From assembly GCA_045601715.1 (NCBI GenBank), contig JAZSAD010000093.1:1-61747 (forward strand): a stretch of 61,747 bases of DNA, in the 5' to 3' direction. Source of the DNA: Faecousia sp. Lineage in GTDB: Bacteria; Bacillota; Clostridia; Oscillospirales; Oscillospiraceae. Below the pieces are notes generated by a model. That model worked only from the letters and a program-made list of their open reading frames with translations, ran no database searches and was not told the DNA's origin. This document shows, piece after piece, positions 44,028 through 53,604 of this stretch; position 1 is the stretch's first letter, and every line of letters begins with the position of its first letter. Both the position numbers and the translations under genes were made by a program.

Positions 44028-44813
44028 ATGCATCCTTTAAACGCAGATATGTACGCCTTTGATATTGAGATACTCCGCCACTCCCAGGTCCGCTTAGACG
44101 CATCGTGGCGCAGTAACAATGCAAAGAATTACTATACCCGATTGTATTTTGTAAAAAGCGGCAACGGTTACCTGCGGGAGGGAGATAAAACCATTCCGCT
44201 GAAAGCCGGGAATATATACCTGATGCCCTCGGAACATAATTTTGGCTTCGGCTGCGACGAATTGGAGAAAATTTTTTTTCATATCCTTCTGCCTGCCGGA
44301 GAAAAGATGGATATTCTTCAGGAAATTGGCGCTGTTTTGGTGCTGCCCGACAGCGCTGAATTGATTGATGCTATGTACGCCGCTTACGGGCGAAATGACG
44401 CTATTTCCCTGATGCGGGTCAAGATGATTCTGTATACGGTTATTGACCGCCTGATCGCCCATTATGACCTGCAATTTTCCTGTAACGGAGAATTGTCAAA
44501 GCTATCCAAGGCCGCTCTGCACTATATTTGGGAAAATATTTCCGTAAAGCTGTCCGCCAGAGAGATTGCCCAAAAGTTGTTTGTTTCGGAAAGCGGCCTG
44601 CGCAATGCATTTAAAGCAGATGTGGGCATAGCCTTGGGAAAATACATAGACGATGCAGTGTTCTTTACAGTTCGTAAATATCTGACAGCCGGTATCCCGG
44701 TGGAGGAGATTGCCCAAAAGCTGGGATTTTGCGACCGGCATTACCTTTCCAGAAGATTTAAGGAGAAATTCGGCAAAACCATTTCCCAATATCGGAAAGA
44801 CCAACTGATGTAA
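44028..44813 (+). CDS. AraC-family transcriptional regulator
   Basis: N-terminal cupin-like region; IAQKLGFCDRHYLSRRFKEKFG HTH; divergent from the fucosidase. Confidence 0.88.
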   Translation: MHPLNADMYAFDIEILRHSQVRLDASWRSNNAKNYYTRLYFVKSGNGYLREGDKTIPLKAGNIYLMPSEHNFGFGCDELEKIFFHILLPAGEKMDILQEIGAVLVLPDSAELIDAMYAAYGRNDAISLMRVKMILYTVIDRLIAHYDLQFSCNGELSKLSKAALHYIWENISVKLSAREIAQKLFVSESGLRNAFKADVGIALGKYIDDAVFFTVRKYLTAGIPVEEIAQKLGFCDRHYLSRRFKEKFGKTISQYRKDQLM

Positions 44814-44841
44814 AAGACTCCCCTTTGCAAGGGGAGTCTTT
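44813..44841. terminator. Bidirectional terminator
   Basis: AAAGACTCCCCTT-TGC-AAGGGGAGTCTTT. Confidence 0.8.
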
Positions 44842-44842
44842 G

Positions 44843-45931
44843 TTATTTCTGCTGCACCAATTCTTTTCGTTTTCTTCTTCGGACACGGTTGATATGTCGT
44901 TCAAAATCACCGTTGTTGATCAGCTCCGCAAGGACATACTGCATAAAGGTGGGAACAGTACAGGAATAGAACCCCAAACGGCCGTGAAAACGTTCCACCA
45001 GATGCTTGGGAAGCACCATATATCCGGTACGCAGGGAGGGGGAAATGGTCTTGGAAAATGTATTCAGATAGATGACGTGATTGTTCTTGGACAGAGCGAA
45101 CAACGTGTCCGTAGGCTTGGTGGCCACCGAAAATTCTGATTCAAAATCGTCCTCAATAATGTACCGGTCGCCATGCGCTGCCCACCGGATATACTCATGC
45201 CGCTTGGAGGCTGTGGCAGTAACACCGCTGGGATAGCTGCGGTAGGGTGTGGTGTGCAGTACATCTGCCTTTGTTCCTGCCAGCGCGCTGCTGTCAATGC
45301 CGGAATTGGTCAGGGGAAGAGATTCATATACAATCTCAGCCGCCTGATACACCTGCTCGATTTTCTTATAGGAAGGTGATTCCACGGCATATACCCGGTT
45401 TCTGCCCAACAGCTCCACAATCAGTCCGTAGAGATACTCAGACCCTGCGCCGATAACAATTTGCTCAGTGTCTACCTGAATACCCCGGCTTCGGGCGAGA
45501 TAGTGCCGAATTGCTGTTCGTAACACATCGCACCCACAGTTGGGGGATTTTTCAAGAAGAAGCTCTCCGTGGTCGGACAGTACCTTCCGCATAGTCTTAC
45601 TGAATACTGACAAGGGGAAGTCGGGCTGATCCTGTGCTGTGTGATGGGACGGATGTTGGGTGGGCAGGGGAGTGGATACAGCAAACCCGTCAGACTCCCG
45701 GAAAATCACCACAAATCCACTCCGCTCTCTGGCTTCGATATACCCCTCATCGCAAAGCAGTTCGTAGGCGTGTTCTACTGTGACGGTACTGACCCCCACA
45801 TCTTCAGCAAGATTGCGTTTGGACGGAAGCTTTGTATTGTAGGGGTAGTCCCCCGCAAGGATATCGTTCCTTATCTGCTGATACAGCTGCAGATATACCG
45901 GCCGGTTGTTTTTGTCAATTATGTATTTCAT
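44843..45931 (-). CDS. MocR/GabR-family GntR regulator with PLP aminotransferase domain
   Basis: KLPSKRNLA...TVEHAYELLCDEGYI HTH; IIEDDFESEF and NTFSKTISPSLRTGY. Confidence 0.92.
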   Translation of the reverse strand: MKYIIDKNNRPVYLQLYQQIRNDILAGDYPYNTKLPSKRNLAEDVGVSTVTVEHAYELLCDEGYIEARERSGFVVIFRESDGFAVSTPLPTQHPSHHTAQDQPDFPLSVFSKTMRKVLSDHGELLLEKSPNCGCDVLRTAIRHYLARSRGIQVDTEQIVIGAGSEYLYGLIVELLGRNRVYAVESPSYKKIEQVYQAAEIVYESLPLTNSGIDSSALAGTKADVLHTTPYRSYPSGVTATASKRHEYIRWAAHGDRYIIEDDFESEFSVATKPTDTLFALSKNNHVIYLNTFSKTISPSLRTGYMVLPKHLVERFHGRLGFYSCTVPTFMQYVLAELINNGDFERHINRVRRRKRKELVQQK

Positions 45932-46017
45932 CTGACTATATAAAATGCTCCTCATTCGGTAAATATGATATATTCAGAATGAGTATATAATATTTTTGCT
46001 GGGTTGTAAAGTTTATT

Positions 46018-46053
46018 TGTCATTGCGAAGAGCGCAGCGACGTGGCAATCTCC
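46018..46053 (+). repeat. REP-like palindromic repeat (CGTC/TGTC-tagged type)
   Basis: TGTCATTGCGAAGAGCGCAGCGACGTGGCAATCTCC resembles the widespread GTCATTGCGAGGAGCGAAGCGACGxxGCAATC repeat (recognised from memory); ATTGC...GCAAT stem. Confidence 0.6.
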
Positions 46054-46093
46054 TGAAAAGCAGAATCATATAGTTGATTTGCCTCCGGCAAAT

Positions 46094-46112
46094 GTACGCC
46101 GAAAGGGACTCG
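46094..46112 (-). repeat. Direct repeat of tRNA-Arg 3' segment (att-like)
   Basis: GTACGCCGAAAGGGACTCG is identical to 46313-46331 (19 bp). Confidence 0.88.
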
Positions 46113-46180
46113 TTTGCAGTATTTCCCAAATAAAAATAGAAGAAAGCCAACATCCTTTACAGGATGCGTCTTTCTTCTAT

Positions 46181-46262
46181 GGACTCTCCCACGGGCTAAA
46201 AATTGCTCGCCAGCTCTCAATTTTTGCACCAGTGTGCACACTGGTGCCGCCCTTTCGAGTCC
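46181..46262 (-). repeat. 82-bp structured tRNA-linked repeat core, copy 2
   Basis: Reverse complement is 69/82 identical to 4510-4591. Confidence 0.9.
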
Positions 46263-46272
46263 CTTTGACGAC

Positions 46273-46311
46273 AAAAAATATGGGATAGGCAAGAGCCTAT
46301 CCCATATTTTT
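46273..46311 (-). terminator. Terminator after tRNA-Arg
   Basis: AAAAATATGGGATAGGC-AAGA-GCCTATCCCATATTTTT. Confidence 0.85.
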
Positions 46312-46387
46312 GGTACGCCGAAAGGGACTCGAACCCCCGACCTACTGGTTCGTAGCCAGTCACTCTATCCAACTGAGCTATCGGCGC
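46311..46387 (-). tRNA. tRNA-Arg(ACG)
   Basis: Minus strand GCGCCGATAGCTCAGTTGGATAGAG...CTACGAA...GGTTCGAGTCCCTTTCGGCGTACCA; 77 nt. Confidence 0.96.
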
Positions 46388-46544
46388 ATACACACTTTTC
46401 GCAAGTGCCTAGATATAGTAGCACATCCAAAATAAAAAAGCAAGCACTTTTTTCAAGAAATTGCAATTAATTTTCCATATTCTCATATCTTGACAGGAAT
46501 TTGACCGTTGTTATACAATAAATAAAACAAAGGAGGTGCGCCAT

Positions 46545-47624
46545 ATGGATAAAAAGTCGCTGTTTGCCAAATTGCCGGAGGCGCTGCTTCCTTGGTACGA
46601 TGCCGGACACCGGGATTTGCCCTGGCGGTGTGATAACGACCCCTACCGCATCTGGGTATCGGAGATTATGCTTCAGCAGACCCGTGTGGAGGCGGTAAAG
46701 GGTTACTATGCCCGTTTCCTGCAGGCGCTGCCCACTGTTTCTGCGCTTGCAGAATGTGATGATGCGTTGCTCCACAAGCTGTGGGAGGGTCTTGGTTATT
46801 ATAACCGTGTGCGGAATATGAAGAAAGCCGCCCGGGAGATTATGGACAAGCATAACGGCGCATTTCCCAATACCTACGAACAGGTGCTGGCCCTGCCCGG
46901 TATCGGCGCATACACCACCGGCGCAATTTGCTCCATTGCCTTCGATCAGCCCACCCCCGCCGTGGACGGCAATGTTCTGCGGGTGATTTCCCGGATTACA
47001 GACGACGATACACCCATAGACCTGCCCGCCTATAAAAATTCCGTTCAGAAAAGCCTAGCAGAAATCTACCCAAACAGGGCAGGGGACTTCACCCAGGCCC
47101 TGATGGAGCTGGGCGCAACGGTTTGCGGACCCAACCGCCGGCCGGACTGTGAAAACTGCCCCTGTAAAGCCTTCTGTATGGGTTATCAGCGAAAAACTGC
47201 CGTCAATCTGCCAGTGAAACGCCCCAAACGGGAACGAAAGATTGAGGAAAAGACGGTTTTTATTCTATCTTGTTATGGAGAATATGCTCTTGAAAAGCGC
47301 AAAGAGAAAGGCCTGCTTGCTGGTTTGTGGCAGCTGCCCAATGTGCCTGGCAAGCTTGAATCACAGGCTGCCTTGGAACAAGTGGAACGATTTGGGCTAA
47401 AACCGATAGAATTATATGCGCAGGTGGAGCGGAAACATATCTTTACCCATATAGAATGGCGCATGCGTGGAGTTTATGTAGCGGTTGAGGACTGCACTGG
47501 CGACTTCCTTTGGGCATCGGAAGCAGATACAAGAGAGGCGCTTGCCCTGCCAACAGCATTTCGTCTTTTCCTGCCGGAGGATAAACTGAATTTTTTTGAT
47601 AAAATTTCTGAAAATAATGTTTGA
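46545..47624 (+). CDS. mutY: A/G-specific adenine glycosylase
   Basis: WVSEIMLQQT, LPGIGAYT HhH, VDGNVLRV, 4Fe-4S Cys cluster and NUDIX-like C-terminus. Confidence 0.95.
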   Translation: MDKKSLFAKLPEALLPWYDAGHRDLPWRCDNDPYRIWVSEIMLQQTRVEAVKGYYARFLQALPTVSALAECDDALLHKLWEGLGYYNRVRNMKKAAREIMDKHNGAFPNTYEQVLALPGIGAYTTGAICSIAFDQPTPAVDGNVLRVISRITDDDTPIDLPAYKNSVQKSLAEIYPNRAGDFTQALMELGATVCGPNRRPDCENCPCKAFCMGYQRKTAVNLPVKRPKRERKIEEKTVFILSCYGEYALEKRKEKGLLAGLWQLPNVPGKLESQAALEQVERFGLKPIELYAQVERKHIFTHIEWRMRGVYVAVEDCTGDFLWASEADTREALALPTAFRLFLPEDKLNFFDKISENNV

Positions 47625-47649
47625 CAAATGGAACAATTCCCTATATAAT
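47621..47649 (+). promoter_or_regulatory. sigma-A promoter of yceD-rpmF
   Basis: TTGACA-17-TATAAT, overlapping the mutY stop codon. Confidence 0.8.
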
Positions 47650-47680
47650 ACATAAGCACGACTGCGAAGAGGGGGATACT

Positions 47681-48181
47681 ATGCGATTGGAACTGTCTTC
47701 TATTATAGACCGTCCCGGTGAGAGTATCGACTTCTCCGTCAGTGTGGATTTGAGTGACCTCGTTTATGGCACAAGTAAACCTGTCAGCGAACCGGTGACA
47801 GCCAGCGGAACGGTGCGGAATACCGCCGGTGTTCTGATGATGAAGGGTGAAATTTCCACCTGCATCCACGGAACCTGTGACCGCTGCGCATCTGCCTTTG
47901 ACCGCCAAGTGGAAATGCCCATTGATGCGGTGCTGGTAACGGAGCTTGCCAACGAGGAAAATGAAGACGAATGGGTATTTCACCTGGAGGCAGATGCCGC
48001 GGATTTGGAGGATATTGTTCGGACGGTTTTCGTTCTGAATATGGATTCCAAGCTGCTGTGCAAGGAAGACTGTAAGGGTTTGTGCTGCAGATGCGGCAAA
48101 AACCTGAACGACGGCCCTTGCGGCTGCCAAAAAGAGTTAGACCCCCGTTTTGCTGCTTTAAAGCAGCTTCTCGATAAGTAA
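47681..48181 (+). CDS. yceD: YceD/DUF177 family protein
   Basis: CDRC, LCKEDCKGLC..CG.NLN...C.C...DPRFAAL; upstream of rpmF. Confidence 0.92.
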   Translation: MRLELSSIIDRPGESIDFSVSVDLSDLVYGTSKPVSEPVTASGTVRNTAGVLMMKGEISTCIHGTCDRCASAFDRQVEMPIDAVLVTELANEENEDEWVFHLEADAADLEDIVRTVFVLNMDSKLLCKEDCKGLCCRCGKNLNDGPCGCQKELDPRFAALKQLLDK

Positions 48182-48226
48182 ACCAAAGAATGCTGCTAAA
48201 GCAGAATTACCAAGGAGGTGTCATCC

Positions 48227-48412
48227 ATGGCTGTCCCTAAGTGTAAAGTGTCCAGCGCCCGTCGCGATAAGCGCCGTGGTTCCAACTGGAAGCTGTCCGC
48301 CCCCAGTGTGGCTGTTTGCCCCAAGTGCGGCGAGACCGTAGTGCCTCACAGAGCTTGCAAGGCTTGCGGTACCTACAATGGCCGTCAGGTCCTGGCCGCC
48401 AAGGCTGACTAA
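48227..48412 (+). CDS. rpmF: 50S ribosomal protein L32
   Basis: MAVPKCKVSSARRDKRR, CPKCG...PHRACKACGTYNGR. Confidence 0.96.
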   Translation: MAVPKCKVSSARRDKRRGSNWKLSAPSVAVCPKCGETVVPHRACKACGTYNGRQVLAAKAD

Positions 48413-48433
48413 GGCTGGAAAAGAGCGTAAGCT

Positions 48434-48462
48434 AAGCGGAAGGCGTTTGCCTTCCGCTTTTT
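48434..48462 (+). terminator. Intrinsic terminator
   Basis: AAGCGGAAGGC-GTTT-GCCTTCCGCTTTTT. Confidence 0.85.
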
Positions 48463-48572
48463 CCATACCATTATTTCTGAAAATAATCAAACAATAATAT
48501 AAAAATTACCATAATATGCTATATTTGTTCATAAATGTGTGTCATAATAATCATAGAGAGGAGTGAAGCCCA

Positions 48573-49904
48573 ATGGCAAAACCTTTGGTTGCGATTGTTG
48601 GACGGCCCAATGTGGGCAAGTCTATGCTCTTTAATAAGCTCACTGGACGGAGAACTTCCATTGTGGAGGATACCCCCGGTGTCACCCGTGACCGTATCTA
48701 CGGCGACTGTGAATGGTGCGGACGGGAATTTTCTCTGGTGGATACCGGCGGTATTGAGCCGGGTACCGAGAACGATATGCTGAAATTTATGCGCCGTCAG
48801 GCGGAAATCGGTATTGAACTGGCAGACTGCATCGTGATGGTTGTGGATGTCCGTTCCGGTGTTACCGCCGCAGATCAGGACGTGGCAACTATGCTCCGCA
48901 AATCCCGTAAGCCTGTGGCTTTGGCAGTGAATAAGTGCGACTCCATTGGCCTTGTAAATCCTGATGTGTATGAGTTTTACAGCCTGGGTATCGGCGACTT
49001 GTTTGAGGTTTCTGCCGTCCACGGCCACGGTACCGGCGATTTGCTGGACTGGTGCTTGGAGCAGTTCCCTGAGGCCGAGGAAGAGGAAGAAGACTCCGAT
49101 ATTATTCATGTAGCTATTGTGGGTAAGCCTAATGTTGGCAAGAGTAGCCTCCTCAACCGTATTTTGGGTGAGGAGCGGGTAATTGTGTCCAATGTTGCCG
49201 GCACCACCCGTGATGCCATTGACTCGGAGTTTGAAAACGAGACGGGAAAATACTGCTTTATCGACACCGCCGGGATGCGCCGGAAGAGCAAGGTGGACGA
49301 TATTATCGAAAAATACTCCAATATGCGTACCGTTGCCGCTATTGAACGGGCGGATGTGTGTTTGATTCTGGTGGTTGCCAACGACGGTGTCACCGAGCAG
49401 GATACCAAGATTGCCGGCCTTGTCCACGAAGCCGGTAAGGCTGCTATTATTGTTGTAAACAAGTGGGATGCGGTTGCCGACAAGGAAACCAATACCATGC
49501 GGGATAAGGAAGCTGCCGTCCGTGAGGGCTTAAGCTATATGACCTACGCCCCTGTGGTATTCCTGTCTGCCCTCACCGGCTCCCGTGTGGATAAACTGTT
49601 CCAGGTGATCCAGGATGTTCACAGGCAGAACACCAGCCGCATCACTACCGGCGCCCTGAACTCCATTCTGGCAGAGGCCACTTCCCGTGTGCAGCCTCCG
49701 TCCGATAAGGGTCGCCGCCTGAAGATTTACTATATGACCCAGGCGGGCACCAAGCCGCCCCATTTCGTGATTTTCTGCAACGATGCCCGGCTGTTCCATT
49801 TCTCTTACCAGCGGTATTTGGAAAATCAGATTCGGGAAGTGTTTGGTCTGCAGGGTACCCCTGTGCGCATTACCATTCGCCAGAAAGGCGATAAGGAGGA
49901 GTAA
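48573..49904 (+). CDS. der: Ribosome biogenesis GTPase Der (EngA)
   Basis: Two G-domains (GRPNVGKS and GKPNVGKS), DTGG/DTAG, and a KH-like C-terminus. Confidence 0.97.
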   Translation: MAKPLVAIVGRPNVGKSMLFNKLTGRRTSIVEDTPGVTRDRIYGDCEWCGREFSLVDTGGIEPGTENDMLKFMRRQAEIGIELADCIVMVVDVRSGVTAADQDVATMLRKSRKPVALAVNKCDSIGLVNPDVYEFYSLGIGDLFEVSAVHGHGTGDLLDWCLEQFPEAEEEEEDSDIIHVAIVGKPNVGKSSLLNRILGEERVIVSNVAGTTRDAIDSEFENETGKYCFIDTAGMRRKSKVDDIIEKYSNMRTVAAIERADVCLILVVANDGVTEQDTKIAGLVHEAGKAAIIVVNKWDAVADKETNTMRDKEAAVREGLSYMTYAPVVFLSALTGSRVDKLFQVIQDVHRQNTSRITTGALNSILAEATSRVQPPSDKGRRLKIYYMTQAGTKPPHFVIFCNDARLFHFSYQRYLENQIREVFGLQGTPVRITIRQKGDKEE

Positions 49905-49907
49905 GCT

Positions 49908-50534
49908 ATGTGGCTGTCTGTGCTGCTGGCAATACTAATTGGATATTTGTTAGGAAACCTGAACGGCGCGGTGATTATTTCCCGACTGATTGGCAAAAAG
50001 GATGTCCGGGAACAGGGCAGCGGAAACGCAGGCCTGACCAATTTTCTCCGGATGTACGGCCCGTCTACTGCGCTGTTGGTGGTAGCGATTGATGTGCTGA
50101 AGGCGGTTTTTGCTTGCGTTTTTGGCAGAATGCTGCTCGCCCCCTACGGTTACGGGCAGGAGGGTTTGCTCCTGGGCGGTTTGGCGGTGAATCTAGGCCA
50201 CGATTTCCCTGCACTGCTGGGTTTCCGTGGCGGCAAAGGCGTGCTGTGCGGTATTACCGCTGCGTTTATGGCTGATTGGCGCTGTGCGCTGTTGGTAGTT
50301 GCGGTGTTTGCGATCTGCCTGTGGCTGACCCGGTATGTTTCCTTAAGCTCTATCCTTGGCGCGCTGACCTTTGCCGTTGCATTTCCTGTTACCTACCGGC
50401 ATAACATTCCGTTAGCTGTAATGGGCGTGCTGTTGGGACTGTTCATTGTGTTTATGCACAGAAGCAATATCTCCCGTTTGGTAAAAGGCACAGAGAGAAA
50501 AGCAACCTTCAGTAAGTTCCGCAGAAAAAAGTAA
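49908..50534 (+). CDS. plsY: Glycerol-3-phosphate acyltransferase PlsY
   Basis: GSGNAGLTN, DVLK, GHDFP...FRGGKGV, YVSLSS and HRSNISRL. Confidence 0.93.
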   Translation: MWLSVLLAILIGYLLGNLNGAVIISRLIGKKDVREQGSGNAGLTNFLRMYGPSTALLVVAIDVLKAVFACVFGRMLLAPYGYGQEGLLLGGLAVNLGHDFPALLGFRGGKGVLCGITAAFMADWRCALLVVAVFAICLWLTRYVSLSSILGALTFAVAFPVTYRHNIPLAVMGVLLGLFIVFMHRSNISRLVKGTERKATFSKFRRKK

Positions 50535-50560
50535 TCCACTTCCTCAAGAAAGGAAAACCT

Positions 50561-53500
50561 ATGCTGCAATTAAAAAACATTGTTAAAAATTATGCTGCCG
50601 GCGACAATACCGTCCGTGCGCTGCGGGGCGTGAGCCTGCAGTTCCGCAAGAACGAGTTTGTGTCCATTTTGGGACCCTCCGGCTGCGGTAAGACCACGAT
50701 GCTGAACATTATTGGCGGTCTGGACCGGTATACCAGCGGTGATTTGGTCATTGACGGCCGTTCCACCAAAGGCTTTAAGGATCGGGATTGGGACGGCTAC
50801 CGCAACCATTCTATCGGCTTTGTGTTCCAAAGCTATAACCTGATTCCCCACCAGAGTGTTCTTCAGAATGTGGAATTGGCATTGACCCTGTCCGGTGTCT
50901 CCAAGCGGGAGCGCCGTGCCAGAGCCAAGGTTGCGCTGGAGCAGGTGGGTCTTGGCGACCAACTTCGCAAGCGTCCCAGCCAGCTTTCCGGCGGTCAGAT
51001 GCAGCGAGTGGCAATCGCCCGCGCATTGGTGAATAACCCGGAAATTATCCTTGCCGACGAGCCTACCGGCGCCCTGGATACGGAAACCAGCGTACAGGTT
51101 ATGGAAATCCTCAAGGAAGTGGCAAAGGACCGCCTGGTTATTATGGTTACCCACAATCCTGAGCTTGCAGAGCGGTATTCTACTCGTATTATCCGTATGC
51201 TGGACGGCAAGATTATCAGTGACTCTGCACCTTTGAACGAGGATGAGCAAAGAGACCTCCGGGAGGAGGAGCAGCGAGCTATCTTTGGCAAAAAACAGCG
51301 AGTGCGGAAGCCTTCCATGTCCTGGGCAACCTCTTTTGGTTTGTCTTTGAAGAATCTGTTTACCAAAAAGGGCCGTACCGTCCTGACCTCTTTTGCCGGA
51401 TCTATCGGCATTATCGGCATTGCGCTGATTTTTGCTGTGTCCAACGGTATGACCACCTATATCAATGCGGTGCAGGAGGATACCCTTTCTTCCTATCCGC
51501 TGATGCTGGAAGCAACCACCGTGGATATTGGCACCCTGATGCAGACCTTTATGGGCATTGATTCCGATGATGCCGATGCCCACGGCCTGGATGCGGTCTA
51601 TTCCCAGTCCGTTATGGCGGATATGATCAATGCACTGAACAATATGGAATCCACGGAAAATGACCTGAAAGCATTTAAGGAATTCCTGCAAAAGGAAATG
51701 AAAAACGAGGAAAACGGTCTGTCCGATGCCCTCACCGGCATTCAGTATACTTATAATATGGATCTTTTGGTCTATACCAAGGATCCGGACGGCAATATCA
51801 TTTACTCCGATACCGAAGAAATGCTCACCAAGGCCCTGCGGGAAAATATGGGTATGGATATGTCCGCTATGATTACCATGGGCGAAAATATGGGCGGCGG
51901 TATGTCCAGCTCTATGATGATGCCCGGTATGCAGAGTAATCTGTGGTGCGAGATGCTGCCCGGTAAGGACGGCAAGCCAATCAACCCGGTGCTGGAGGAT
52001 CAGTACGATGTGATCTATGGCAGCTGGCCCAACAACTACGACGAGATTGTGCTGGTTGTGGATAAGAACAACGAACTGGACGATATGACCCTGTTTGCTA
52101 TGGGTCTGGAATCCCACGATAAGATCGAGGAATCCTTCGATATCATCCTAAACGGCGGTGAGATTGATACCACCCAGAAGAAGTGGTCTTATGAGGAAAT
52201 CTGCGCTAAGGAATACCGGGTAATTCTCAATGGCGATTGTTACGTCAAGGACGAAAACACCGGCTTGTTTGTAGACCTGCGGGAAGAGGAGACCGGTCTG
52301 CGTTATCTGTTCGACAATGCCCTGAAGCTGAAGATCACCGGCATTATCCGCCCCAGCGAGAAAGCCTCCTCTACAATGCTCTCCGGCTCTATCGCCTACA
52401 CCAAGGCGCTGACTGAGCATATCGCTCAGAAGAATGCAGACTCTGCTGCCCTGGCAGCCCAAAAGGCGCAGATGGGCACAGATATCTTCACCGGTTTGCC
52501 CTTTAAGGAGAATGAAAGCCTGACGGATGCCGATAAGGAGTCCGCATTCCGGAACTATGTTGCCCAGCTGCCTGTGGAAGAGCAGGCAAAGGCCTATGTG
52601 AAAATTATGGGCATTCCCTCTGCTGAACAGCTGCAGGCTATGGTGGACGGACAGATGGCCCAGTTCAACCGGGAACAGATGGAGCAGACTATGATCACTG
52701 CTCTGAGCCAGCAGGCAGGTATGAATGTAAAGGAAATGGAGAAGTATATTCTCTCTATGTCCGATGAAGAGCTGGTAACGATCTTCCGTCAGATGCTCAC
52801 CGAGCAGGTGAAACTGCAGTATGCCGCCCAGGTCCAGCAGCAGACCTCTGCTATGCCTACGGAGCAACTGGCAGCTGCCTTGCAGATGGCGCTGCCCACC
52901 TATACCACAGAGCAGTGCGCTGTTTACTACGGGGAGATTTTGGAGTTCTCTGAAACCACCTATGAGCAGAATTTACGTACGCTTAGCGATGTGGATTTGG
53001 ACGATCCTGCAACCATTAACCTGTTTGCTTCCAGCTTTGAAAACAAGGATATCCTGGAAGAGGTTATTGCGGACTACAATGAATCCGTGGAAGAACTAAA
53101 GCAGATTCGTTACACCGACTATGTGGGCATTATGATGTCCTCTATCACCACCATTATCAATGCAATTACCTATGTGCTGATTGCTTTCGTTGCAATTTCT
53201 TTGGTGGTGTCCTCCATTATGATTGGTGTGATCACGCTGATTTCCGTACAGGAGCGGACCAAGGAAATTGGTATTTTGCGTGCCATCGGCGCATCCAAGC
53301 GGAATGTTTCCGGTATGTTCAATGCAGAAACTGTGATTATCGGCTTTACGTCCGGCGTGCTGGGTGTGGGCGTGACTTATGCTTTGTGCGTGGTTGTGAA
53401 CATCATTTTGTTTGCGCTGACAGATATTGCCAACCTGAAGGCAATTCTGCCTCCTGAGATTGCGGTAGTGCTGGTGATTATCAGTATGTTCTTAACCCTG

Positions 53501-53569
53501 ATTTCCGGCATTATCCCCAGTAGAAGCGCAGCGAAGAAAGACCCCGTTGTGGCGCTGAGAACCGAGTAA
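50561..53569 (+). CDS. ABC transporter ATP-binding/permease fusion (MacB/FtsX-type)
   Basis: GPSGCGKT, LSGGQMQRVAIARAL, ADEPTGALD, ERTKEIGILRAIGA and DPVVALRTE. Confidence 0.93.
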   Translation: MLQLKNIVKNYAAGDNTVRALRGVSLQFRKNEFVSILGPSGCGKTTMLNIIGGLDRYTSGDLVIDGRSTKGFKDRDWDGYRNHSIGFVFQSYNLIPHQSVLQNVELALTLSGVSKRERRARAKVALEQVGLGDQLRKRPSQLSGGQMQRVAIARALVNNPEIILADEPTGALDTETSVQVMEILKEVAKDRLVIMVTHNPELAERYSTRIIRMLDGKIISDSAPLNEDEQRDLREEEQRAIFGKKQRVRKPSMSWATSFGLSLKNLFTKKGRTVLTSFAGSIGIIGIALIFAVSNGMTTYINAVQEDTLSSYPLMLEATTVDIGTLMQTFMGIDSDDADAHGLDAVYSQSVMADMINALNNMESTENDLKAFKEFLQKEMKNEENGLSDALTGIQYTYNMDLLVYTKDPDGNIIYSDTEEMLTKALRENMGMDMSAMITMGENMGGGMSSSMMMPGMQSNLWCEMLPGKDGKPINPVLEDQYDVIYGSWPNNYDEIVLVVDKNNELDDMTLFAMGLESHDKIEESFDIILNGGEIDTTQKKWSYEEICAKEYRVILNGDCYVKDENTGLFVDLREEETGLRYLFDNALKLKITGIIRPSEKASSTMLSGSIAYTKALTEHIAQKNADSAALAAQKAQMGTDIFTGLPFKENESLTDADKESAFRNYVAQLPVEEQAKAYVKIMGIPSAEQLQAMVDGQMAQFNREQMEQTMITALSQQAGMNVKEMEKYILSMSDEELVTIFRQMLTEQVKLQYAAQVQQQTSAMPTEQLAAALQMALPTYTTEQCAVYYGEILEFSETTYEQNLRTLSDVDLDDPATINLFASSFENKDILEEVIADYNESVEELKQIRYTDYVGIMMSSITTIINAITYVLIAFVAISLVVSSIMIGVITLISVQERTKEIGILRAIGASKRNVSGMFNAETVIIGFTSGVLGVGVTYALCVVVNIILFALTDIANLKAILPPEIAVVLVIISMFLTLISGIIPSRSAAKKDPVVALRTE

Positions 53570-53572
53570 AAT

Positions 53573-53604
53573 AAAATCCGGAAGGTTTTTGCCTTCCGGA
53601 TTTT
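53573..53604. terminator. Bidirectional terminator
   Basis: AAAATCCGGAAGG-TTTTTG-CCTTCCGGATTTT. Confidence 0.8.

Noticed and set aside
4436-46331. The whole 42 kb between the two tRNA cassettes as one genomic island bounded by inverted repeats
   Set aside because: The interval holds core genes (thyA, proS, metK) and no integrase, and each cassette has its own local tRNA-matched repeat.
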